From an uncultured Actinomycetes bacterium (lineage in GTDB: Bacteria; Actinomycetota; Actinomycetes; S36-B12; CAIYMF01): 64,000 bases of DNA. Location: positions 116,264-180,263 of the forward strand of contig CAWAEB010000006.1 of assembly GCA_963781015.1 (NCBI GenBank), in the 5' to 3' direction. Positions within the stretch are counted from its first letter, which is position 1, and every line of letters starts with the position of its first letter. Below the pieces are notes generated by a model. It was not told the origin of the DNA, searched no databases, and worked only from the letters and a program-made list of their open reading frames with translations. The translations under genes were made by a program, and so were the position numbers. Positions 48,857 through 57,930 of this stretch are shown one piece after another.

Positions 48857-50404
48857 ATGACCGACAGGAGCACGGTCGAGCCCCTCGCGCCCCTGGCCGG
48901 TGCGCCGAACGTCACGACAGGGCCCGCGGTGCCAGCCGGCGAACTGTCGTCACCCGAACTCGGGCAGCTGCCCTGGTGGGGGTTCACCGCGGCTGTTCTG
49001 GGACGGCTCTGGCTGGCCCTGGTCACCGGCACCCTGCTGATCGCCACCCTGCCGGCACTCCTGCTGCCAGGATGGCAGGCACACGTGGTCGTCTCGGGCA
49101 GCATGGAGCCACGCATCAACGTCGGCGACGTCGTGATCTCCCAGGACCGCGATGACTACCGACCGGGTCAGGTGATCGTCTTCGACGACGCGGACCGAGG
49201 CGCGATGACCCACCGCCTGCAGTCGATCGACGGCGAGCAGTTCACCACCAAGGGCGACGCGAACCCGACCGCTGACAGCGCTCCGGTGCCGCGCGAGGAC
49301 GTTCTGGGGCTGGGCCGGGTCCTGGTCATGTTCGCCGGCCTGCCCTGGGTCTGGTTCCACACCGGCCAGTGGCTGGCGCTGCTGGCCCTCGTCGTCTCGC
49401 TGCTGCTCGCGGCTGCGGCCGTGGCTGCCGACCGCCCGGGCCCGCCGCCCCCACCGGCCACCCCGAGGCGCGGTCGTCGAGCACCCCTGCTCGTGCCCGC
49501 GGGTGCCCTGTTGCTGGTCCTTCCCCTGGGCATCGGGGCTGCCCGGCCGACATCGGCGGCCTTCACGGCGAGGAGCACGAACGTGGGCAACACCTGGACC
49601 GCGGCGATCACCACTCCCCTGAGCTACGCGGCGACGGTCCTGGCTGACAACCCATACATCTACCTGCGCCTGAACGAGGCCCGCCCGGGGAACGCCTCAG
49701 TGACCGCGCCGGCTGCGAACCTGGGCTCCAGCGCACTGGACCAGCTCTACACGCGGGCATCAACGGGCAACTTCAATCAGTCGATCCGGCTGGAGAGAGC
49801 GGGCAGCGACAACCTCACCCCTGCGCCCAACACCAGCGCGGAGTTCCGTCAGGATGAGGCCTGCGTCCTCCCACCCAGCAGCCAGCCCGCCCTGACCAAC
49901 CCAGCGGCAGTCACGGTGGAGGCCTGGATCCGCAGCACAGGTAGCGCCGGGGGCAAGATCCTCGGCTTCGAGAACCAGGCGAGCAACACGACGGTGTCCA
50001 GCCAGTACGACCGTCATCTCTACCAGGACGGCAGCGGCTACGTGTACTTCGGCGTCTGGACCGGTGCCACGAGCACCGTCAAGTCACCGACGCCGCTCAA
50101 CGACAACGCCTGGCATCACCTCATGGGCACGCTGAACGGTCCCAACGGCACGCAGCGCCTCTACGTCGACGGAGTGCTGGCGGCCAGCCGCACGAACATC
50201 ACGGCCCAGAACTTCCCGGGCCGATGGCGGGTTGGCTGCGGGAACCTCACCGGCTGGACCGGGGCGGGCGACTGGTCCGGCACTGTCCCCAGCGACCTGA
50301 CCGTCAACCAGACGTTCATCGGCTACATCGACGAGCCCGCCATCTACTTGACGGCGCTCACTGCTGCCGATGCAGCAGAGCGTTGGTCGCTCGGCAAGCC
50401 CTGA
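48857..50404 (+). CDS. SipW-type (S26B, archaeal/ER-type) signal peptidase I fused to an internal signal peptide and a LamG (concanavalin-A-like lectin) domain
   Basis: GGAGGGG precedes the ATG at 48857. Order of elements: N-terminal TM; catalytic SGSMEP; TKGDANPTAD; C-terminal TM WLALLALVVSLLLAAAAVAA; a Pro-rich linker; RRGRRAP + LLVPAGALLLVLPLGIGAA + AAFTARSTNVGNTWTAA; and about 260 aa of LamG (WHHLMGTLNGPNGTQRLYVDGVL...FIGYIDEPAIY). Confidence 0.75.
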   Translation: MTDRSTVEPLAPLAGAPNVTTGPAVPAGELSSPELGQLPWWGFTAAVLGRLWLALVTGTLLIATLPALLLPGWQAHVVVSGSMEPRINVGDVVISQDRDDYRPGQVIVFDDADRGAMTHRLQSIDGEQFTTKGDANPTADSAPVPREDVLGLGRVLVMFAGLPWVWFHTGQWLALLALVVSLLLAAAAVAADRPGPPPPPATPRRGRRAPLLVPAGALLLVLPLGIGAARPTSAAFTARSTNVGNTWTAAITTPLSYAATVLADNPYIYLRLNEARPGNASVTAPAANLGSSALDQLYTRASTGNFNQSIRLERAGSDNLTPAPNTSAEFRQDEACVLPPSSQPALTNPAAVTVEAWIRSTGSAGGKILGFENQASNTTVSSQYDRHLYQDGSGYVYFGVWTGATSTVKSPTPLNDNAWHHLMGTLNGPNGTQRLYVDGVLAASRTNITAQNFPGRWRVGCGNLTGWTGAGDWSGTVPSDLTVNQTFIGYIDEPAIYLTALTAADAAERWSLGKP

Positions 50405-50657
50405 GCTTCCCACCCCGGACACGTCTGAACTCGCCGTCAGGTCTTCACCCTGCGCGGCTCCGAGTCCTCCCCCGAGTTGTGACCTGGGCCACACGCCGTT
50501 TCGACATATGCCACCAGGGGCATGCACGATGGACGAGCCCGGACCCGATCAGCGGAAACCACCGCGGCACAAGGCCCCCATAGCGGCCGGTGCGACGATC
50601 GTCCCAGTAGGAAGCGCAGCCGGGCTTCATCCGTCGTCACGAGGAAGGTCCGCAGCC

Positions 50658-51617
50658 ATGAGTCGTCCTGACTCCACCGACTGCCCCGACACCACGTCCC
50701 GCCAGTCCACCACGTCCACCAGCCCCGCCCGTCGCGCCGGTGTGCGCACCGCGGTGATGTCGCTGGCCCTGCTCACCGCGGCCGGCGCCGCCGTCGTCGT
50801 GCCCCTGAGCAGTCCCGAGGTTCCCGTGGCGCACGCCGCGCAGCCCGCGGCCGGCGCTGCGTTCCAAGTCGAGATCGACCCCAACCTCCTGGCGGAGCGC
50901 CAGGCCGCCGCCGACGCACGCGCCTCGCGGTCGGCGAGCCGGGGCACGCTTCCGATCCCCCCCGCCGAGGCACCCGAGGCTGAACCGGAGCCGGACCCCG
51001 AGCCCGAGGTTGTGGGCAGCCGCTACACCACGGCGGGGGTCAACGTGCGATCCAAGCCGACGACGGACTCCAAGGTTGTCACCGTGCTCGACCGCGGCGA
51101 CAAGGTGAAGATCACCGACGTCAAGGACGACGGCTGGCGCATGGTCATGATCAAGGACGAGACCCGCTGGATCAAGGCCGACTTCCTGTCCAAGTCCAAG
51201 CCGAAGGCGCTGCCCAAGGCCACGTCCTCCGGCAGTTCGGGTGGCTCGGGTGGCGGGGTCTCCGGCGGTGCCTGCGCGAGTGGGTCCGGTGTGGAGTCGG
51301 GCCTGCGCTCGAACACCATCAAGGTGCACCGTGCGGTGTGCAACCGGTTCCCACAGGTCTCCAGCTACGGCGGCACCCGGGGCGGGGGCGGCAACCATGG
51401 CGCCGGACTCGCGCTGGACATCATGATCAGTGGGGGAACCGGCTGGGACATCGCCAACTACGTGCGTGCCAACGCGTCGCGCCTGGGCGTCACCGAGGTC
51501 ATCTACTCGCAGAAGATCTGGACCACGCAGCGCTCCGGCGAGGGCTGGCGCGGGATGTCGGACCGTGGGTCGACAACTGCCAACCACTACGACCACGTGC
51601 ACGTGTCGGTGCGCTGA
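50658..51617 (+). CDS. secreted SH3b-domain protein with C-terminal LAS/M15-like (H-x3-G-x-A-x-D ... H-x-H) putative peptidoglycan hydrolase domain
   Basis: GAGGAAGG precedes the ATG at 50658. It has a TM/signal segment VMSLALLTAAGAAVVVP and an SH3b segment YTTAGVNVRSKPTTDSKVVTVLDRGDKVKITDVKDDGWRMV. After a Gly/Ser linker comes the C-terminal GGNHGAGLALDIM...ANHYDHVHVSV. Confidence 0.55.
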   Translation: MSRPDSTDCPDTTSRQSTTSTSPARRAGVRTAVMSLALLTAAGAAVVVPLSSPEVPVAHAAQPAAGAAFQVEIDPNLLAERQAAADARASRSASRGTLPIPPAEAPEAEPEPDPEPEVVGSRYTTAGVNVRSKPTTDSKVVTVLDRGDKVKITDVKDDGWRMVMIKDETRWIKADFLSKSKPKALPKATSSGSSGGSGGGVSGGACASGSGVESGLRSNTIKVHRAVCNRFPQVSSYGGTRGGGGNHGAGLALDIMISGGTGWDIANYVRANASRLGVTEVIYSQKIWTTQRSGEGWRGMSDRGSTTANHYDHVHVSVR

Positions 51618-51715
51618 GGCGTGCGCCTGCTGGTCACCGGGCAGCGGTGGCAGGGACTCGCCACTGCCCCGGACCGGGCCTGAGGCCCTCACCACTGGCA
51701 GGGCAGGATGGGCCG

Positions 51716-52495
51716 GTGCTCACCCTCCTACCGCCCAGCGAGGGCAAGACCACTCCGGCATCCGGGCCTGAGCTGGACCTCGCCGCGCTCAGCCTGCCCG
51801 GCCTCGAGGAGGGTAGGAAGACCGTCCTCGACTCCCTGGTCAGCCTGTGCCGCACCGATCCCCCTGGTGCGCTTGCCATCCTTGGCCTTCGCCCCCGGCA
51901 GGTGGGCGCGGTCCAGGCCAATGCGACGCTCCACACGGCCCCGACGGCACCGGCCTGGCAGGTCTACACCGGCGTGCTGTTCGCCGCCCTGGGCATGGCA
52001 GGCAGTCCGCCCGCAACCCGTCAGCGGCTGTCGAGCAACGTCCTGGTCTGGTCCGGTCTGTGGGGCGCGGTCGGGCTGGCCGATCTGATCCCGGCCTACC
52101 GGCTGTCCGGGTCAGTCACACTGCCCGGCCCGGGCCGGCTGACGTCGTACTGGCGAGCCCCGCTGCGCATGGTCCTGGTCGATCGGGTGGCCGGCCAGGT
52201 GATCCTCGACCTGCGTTCGGCGACGTACGCCACCTACTGGACCGGGCCTGCGGAGCACACGGTTGCGGTCCGGGTGATCCACCAGCAGGGCGACCGGCGC
52301 ACGGTGGCCAGCCACTTCAACAAGGCGACCAAAGGTCGGCTGCTGCGTGCCCTGGCCGGCGCGGAAGCCGACCCGACCACGCCCGACGAGCTGGTGGACG
52401 CGATCCGAGCTGTGGGATTCCAGGCCGAGCCGGTCGGCTCATCGGGCGGTGCGCGGGGTCGCATGGTCGTGGACGTGGTCGTCGATCAGCTCTGA
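51716..52495 (+). CDS. yaaA: YaaA family (DUF328/UPF0246) peroxide-stress protein
   Basis: The GTG at 51716 gives VLTLLPPSEGK..., the family N-terminal hallmark. It also has VYTGVLF and HFNKATKGRL motifs. Confidence 0.8.
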   Translation: MLTLLPPSEGKTTPASGPELDLAALSLPGLEEGRKTVLDSLVSLCRTDPPGALAILGLRPRQVGAVQANATLHTAPTAPAWQVYTGVLFAALGMAGSPPATRQRLSSNVLVWSGLWGAVGLADLIPAYRLSGSVTLPGPGRLTSYWRAPLRMVLVDRVAGQVILDLRSATYATYWTGPAEHTVAVRVIHQQGDRRTVASHFNKATKGRLLRALAGAEADPTTPDELVDAIRAVGFQAEPVGSSGGARGRMVVDVVVDQL

Positions 52496-52606
52496 GCGCC
52501 GCCAGAGGCGGTGGGCATCGAGTCCTCGGTCAACAGCCGAGGGGCATCGGCGCCGTCGACCTGCAAGAGTTGGCCACGCAACCAGCCAACCCCTGAGGAG
52601 AACACC

Positions 52607-53242
52607 ATGGCCGACCCCACCATCAAGGCTGTGATCTTCGACCAGGACGGGACACTGATCAACACGTTCATCCCGGCGCTGCACGCCTATTCGGCGGCAA
52701 CTGGACGCACGATCACCCTCAAGGAGCTTGAGCCGGTGGCACACCTCGGCGCAGCACGGAACCTGCTCAGCGCGCTGCTCGGTCGGGCGGCCACGGACTC
52801 CGACAACGATGTCTTCCACGACGCACTGGCACAGGAGGTCACGCAGATCGACCCCTACCCGGGGATCGTGGACCTGCTGGTGCAACTGCGTGACTCAGGC
52901 ATCGGCACGGCGCTGGCCACCAACTCCGACGGGCGTTCGGCGCAGGTCGTGCTGGGGGCGCACGGGCTGGACGCGCTGTTCGACGTGATCGTCACGGTCG
53001 ACCGGGTCAGCGGACCCAAGCCTGACCCCGAGATGGTCGAGGTCGTCCTGGGCCGGTTGGGCGTTGCGCCCGAGCAGGTCGCGTTCGTGGGCGACAGCCG
53101 GGCCGACATGGCTGCGGCGCGCACCGTCGGCATCCTGGCCGTGGCCGCCGGCTGGGGCCACCAGACACCGGGGATCCCGGACGACGAGATCGATGTCCGG
53201 GCCGAGACCCCGGCCGACGTGGCGCGGCTCATCCTCGGCTGA
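52607..53242 (+). CDS. HAD-superfamily hydrolase (phosphoglycolate phosphatase-like, subfamily IA)
   Basis: GAGGAG precedes the ATG at 52607. It has motif I VIFDQDGTL, motif II ATNS and motif IV VGDSRADM. Confidence 0.8.
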   Translation: MADPTIKAVIFDQDGTLINTFIPALHAYSAATGRTITLKELEPVAHLGAARNLLSALLGRAATDSDNDVFHDALAQEVTQIDPYPGIVDLLVQLRDSGIGTALATNSDGRSAQVVLGAHGLDALFDVIVTVDRVSGPKPDPEMVEVVLGRLGVAPEQVAFVGDSRADMAAARTVGILAVAAGWGHQTPGIPDDEIDVRAETPADVARLILG

Positions 53243-53298
53243 TCACAGCGGAGCCCAATCGGACCGGACCACCCCGCGCGCCGGCCCAGGCCCCACTG

Positions 53299-55896
53299 TC
53301 ACAGGCAGTCCACGGAGGTGACCCGAACCATCGCGACCCCCTCGGCGTCACTGGCTGCGAGGTCCACCTCGGCGCTGATCCCCCAATCGTGGTCGCCGGC
53401 CGGGTCGTCGAACACCTGGCGGACCTCCCACCGGCCGGGCCGAACCTCGACCTGCAGCAGCAGCGGACCGCGGGCCGCCGGGCCGGTGCCCACCTCGTCG
53501 TGTGTGACGTAGTAGTCGCCCATCGCAGCCGCCCAGCGGTCGGCGTCCCACCCTGATTCGGCGTCCAGTGCGCCGAGGTCGTGCCAGCGCCGCAGAGCGG
53601 CCAGCTCGACGCGGCGGAACAGCGCGTTGCGCACCAGCACCCGGAACGCCCGAGCATTGGCGGTCACCGGCGGCGGGCCGGTGGGGACCAGCTGGTCGCG
53701 CACGGGGCGGGCATCCTCGGGGTGCAGCAGCTGCTCCCACTCGTCGAGCAGGCTGGAGTCCACTTGGCGCACCAGCTCACCGAGCCACTGGGTCAGGTCC
53801 TCGAGCTCCTCGGTGCGTGCCTCCTCGGGCACCGTGCGCCGCAGCGCCTTGTACGCGTCAGCGAGGTAGCGCAGCACCAGACCCTCGGAGGCGGCCAAGC
53901 GGTGATACCCGACGTACTCGACGAACGTCATCGCCAACTCGTGCAGCTCGCGAGCCACGGACTTGGGTCGCAACGGGTACTCAGTGACCCAGGGGTGGCC
54001 CTCGGCGTAGATGTCGTAGGCAGCCTCGAGGAGGTCGGCCAGCGGCTTGGGCCAGGTGATCTCCTCGAGACGCTCCATGCGTTCCTCGTACTCGATGCCC
54101 TCCGCCTTCATCGCCGCGACGGCCTCCCCGCGGGCCCGGTGCTGCTGGCGCGAACAGGATCTGGCGAGGGTCCTCAAGGGTGGCCTCGAGCACCGACAGC
54201 ACGTCCACGGCATACGTCTCGGACTCCCGATCGAGCAGCTCGATCGCGGCCAGCGCGAACGTGGACAGTGGCTGGTTGAGGGCGAAGTCGACCTGCAGCT
54301 CGTCGACGATCCGCATGGTGCGCCCATCTGCGTCCGGCGGATCGAGCAGCTCCAGCACGCCGGCGGCCACCAGCGAGTCCCGGATGGCTGCGGTGCGCTC
54401 GACCAGGCGTTCGCGGGCCTCGGGCTCCTCGTCGTTGTCGACCAGCAGGTGGTCCATCGCGGCGGCGGCGTCGGCCCGGTGCGCAACATTGAGCAGCATC
54501 GCATGCGTCACGTCGAACCGGGAGCGCAGCGGCTCCGGCTCGGCAGCAACCAGCCGGTCGAACGTGGCCTGGCTCCAGGTCGGCACCCCCTCCGTCGGCT
54601 TCTTGCGGACCACCCGGCGGCGCTTCTTCAGGTCGTCGCCGGCCTTGGCCAGCAGGCGCTCGTTCTCGATCTCGTGCTCGGGGGCCTGGATCACGACGGT
54701 GCCCTGGGTGTCGTAGCCGGCGCGACCAGCTCGACCCGCGATCTGGTGAAACTCGCGGGCCCGCAGCAGCCGCACCCGCCGCCCGTCGTACTTGCTCAAC
54801 GAAGTGATCAGCACAGTGCGAATGGGCACGTTGATGCCCACGCCGAGCGTGTCGGTACCGCAGACGACCTTCAGCCGCCCGGCCCGGGTCAGCTGCTCGA
54901 CGAGTCGTCGGTAGCGCGGCAGCATGCCCGCGTGGTGCACGCCGACCCCATGGCGGACCAGCCGGCTCAGGGTCCGGCCGAATCCGGCGGTGAACCGGAA
55001 GTCGCCGATCGCCTCGGCGATCGCGTCCTTCTCCGCACGGGTGCACATGTTCAGGCTCATGAGTGCCTGTGCGCGTTCCAGGGCCGTGGCCTGGGTCGGG
55101 TGCACCACATAGATGGGCGCGCGGTCGTCGGCGAGCAGCTTCTCGATCGTCTCGTGGATCGGGCGTCTTGGCGAACTCGTACTCCAGGGGCACCGGGCGC
55201 TGTCGACGGGCGACTACTCGGTCGGCCGGTCGGTGCGCCGGATCAGGTCGTCGCTGGAAGCGCCGCACGTCACCCAGCGTCGCCGACATGAGCAGGAACT
55301 GGGCACCCGTGAGCTCGATGCAGCGGCACCTGCCAGGCCCATCCACGGTCCGGGTCGGCGTAGTAGTGGAACTCATCCATGACGACCACGTCCACATCGA
55401 CGGCCGACCCCTCGCGCAGGGCGAGGTTGGCCAGGATCTCGGCGGTGGCGCAGATGATCGGGGCCTGCGGATTGACCGCGGCATCGCCGGTGACCATGCC
55501 CACCTGATCTGCGCCGAACAGGTCGCACAGGTCGAAGAACTTCTCCGAGACCAGGGCCTTGATCGGCGCGGTGTAGTAGCTGCGTCGGCCCTGGGCCAGG
55601 GCGAAGAACATGGCCCCGACCGCCACCAGGCTCTTGCCCGAGCCGGTTGGCGTGCCCAGGATCACGTGCGAGCCTGAGGCGAACTCCAGCAGCGCGTCCT
55701 CCTGCGCCGGGTAGGGCGGATAGCCGTTGGCCGTGGCCCACGCGGTGTACGCCTCGAGCAGGTCCTCAGGGCTGGACGGCGAGTCAGGGCCGGCCTCAGC
55801 CAGCAGGCCGTGCAGGGATCCCTGCCGCGCCGTTGCAGCGGACGGCTCGGAGGCCACCTGGGGTTGCGGTCCTGGGGGTGCGATGGCAGCGGTCAT
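53299..55896 (-). pseudogene. DEAD/DEAH-box (Ski2-like) helicase with DUF3516-type C-terminal domain, disrupted by about five single-base frameshifts
   Basis: The sense can be followed across four overlapping ORFs. (1) GTPTGSGKS...VVMDEFHYYADPDRGWAWQVPL. (2) IELTGAQFLLMSATLGDVRRFQ. (3) DDLIRRTDRPTE followed by TAG. (4) VVARRQRPVPLEYEFAKTP. (5) IHETIEKLL...HHAGMLP...QIAGRAGRAG...DPRQILFA. (6) QQHRARGEAVAAMKAEGIEYEERM... through to the stop at 53299. GGGAGGG precedes the ATG at 55896. Confidence 0.75.
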
Positions 55897-56129
55897 GCGA
55901 GGACCCTCCCACGACCTACGTCCGATGACCCTCTCCGCGTCCGGTGGAGGTCCCCGGCGGCCCCACCGACCGCCATCCGGATCCCGGACGACGCAACACC
56001 AGGTCGCCGCTAGGCTCTCAGACCAGTCCAATGGCCACAACCGAGCCGAACGTGCGCACCGGTGGGACGGACGTCGGCGACAAGACAGGATGTGCGGAGT
56101 TGCAGCCAGACCGAGCGGCAGAAGCGATC

Positions 56130-57929
56130 ATGAGCACCGGGTCGAGCACCGGGTCGATCACCGGGCTGACCCCCGGGTTGACCATTGATCGGGAGCCCGT
56201 CGCCGATCCGCTCTGGTACAAGGATGCAGTTGTCTACGAGTTGCACGTCAAGGCGTTCTTCGACTCGAACGGCGACGGGATCGGCGATCTCGCCGGGCTG
56301 ACCCAGAAGCTGGACTACCTGGCCGACCTGGGCGTCAACACGATCTGGCTCCTGCCGTTCTATCCCTCACCGTTCCACGACGACGGCTACGACGTGGCCG
56401 ACTACCGCGACATGCACCCCGCCTACGGGAACCTGGCGCAGTTCCCGGAGTTCGTCCGGGCCGCCCATGACCGGGGCCTGCGGGTCATCACCGAGCTGGT
56501 CATCAACCACACCTCCGACCAGCACCCGTGGTTCCAGGCAGCGCGCCGGGCGCCCAAGGGCTCCCCGGAGCGCGACTTCTACGTGTGGTCCGACGACCCG
56601 GAGCTCTACGCCGGCACGCGGATCATCTTCACCGACACAGAGCGGTCCAACTGGACCTACGACGAGGAGGCGGGTCAGTTCTTCTGGCACCGCTTCTTCA
56701 GCCACCAGCCCGACCTGAACTTCGACAACCCGGCGGTCCGTGCGGAGATCCTTGACATCCTGCGGTTCTGGCTCGATATGGGCGTCGACGGGTTCCGGCT
56801 GGATGCCATTCCCTACCTGATCGAGCGCGACGGCACCAGCAATGAGAACCTGCGCGAGACCCACGAGGTCATCAAGGAGCTGCGGGCAGGCCTGGACGAG
56901 CAGCACGAGAACCGGTTGTTCCTGGCCGAGGCCAACATGTGGCCCGAGGACGTCCGCGAGTACTTCGGCGACGGCGACGAGTGCCACATGGCCTACCACT
57001 TCCCGCTGATGCCGCGCATGTACATGGCGATCGCCCAGGAGGACCGCCACCCCATCGTCGAGATTCTGGCGCAGACCCCGGACATCCCGGAGTCCAGCCA
57101 GTGGGCGATCTTCCTGCGCAACCACGACGAGCTCACCCTCGAGATGGTCACCAGCAAGGAACGCGACTACATGTGGTCGACCTACGCTGAGGACACCCGG
57201 GCGCGCATCAACCTAGGGATCCGGCGTCGGCTCGCGCCGCTGATGGAGAACGACCCCGAGCGCATCAAGTTGATGAACAGCCTGCTGCTGTCCATGCCCG
57301 GCTCCCCGTTCATCTACTACGGCGACGAGATCGGGATGGGCGACAACTTCTACCTCGGCGACCGCGACGGGGTGCGCACGCCGATGCAGTGGACCCCGGA
57401 CCGCAACGGCGGCTTCTCCCGGGCCGATCCGCAGGGCCTGTACCTGCCGCCGATCATGGACCCGATCTACGGCTACGAGGCGATCAACGTCGAGGCCCAA
57501 CTTCGCGAGCCTGCCTCGCTGCTGAACTGGACGCGGCGGATGCTGGCCGTGCGCAAGACCTCGCACGCATTCGGCCGTGGGGAGTTCACGTTGCTGCATC
57601 CGGGCAACCGCAAGGTGCTGGCCTACATCCGCACCCACGGCGACGATGTCGTGCTCTGCGTGGCCAACGTCAGCCGGTCGGCCCAAGCGGTCGAGCTCGA
57701 CCTGTCGGCGTTCGCCGATCGGGTGCCGGTGGAGATGCTTGGGCGCAACGCCTTCCCGCCGATCTCGCATCGGCCCTACGTGCTGACACTGCCGGCCCAC
57801 GGCTTCTTCTGGTTCAAGCTGATGACCGACGTCGAGGCCCCGAACTGGCACGAGGACCGACCTGCGGTGGAGTCCCTGCCGCTCGTCGTGTTCTTCGCCG
57901 GTTGGTCGAGCCTGTTCCGCGAGCGCATT
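56130..57929 (+). CDS. treS: trehalose synthase (maltose alpha-D-glucosyltransferase) domain of a treS-mak fusion; 3' boundary approximate
   Basis: Motifs present: [58 protein letters not shown] and [13 protein letters not shown]. The start is the ATG at 56130 or at 56031. The same frame stays open to 58256, but it turns into Arg/Gly-rich non-genic text after about 57930. Confidence 0.85.
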
Positions 57930-57930
57930 C

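Noticed and set aside
50405-50657. Possible cyclic-di-AMP (ydaO-type) riboswitch in the 253-bp leader of the SH3b wall-hydrolase gene. Such leaders are common upstream of actinobacterial wall hydrolases.
   Set aside because: I could not find the conserved ydaO sequence blocks or the pseudo-symmetric helices by eye. Only vague resemblances appeared (for example CCCAGUAGGAAGCGC). A covariance-model scan (Rfam RF00379) would be needed. This is not reportable as a feature.
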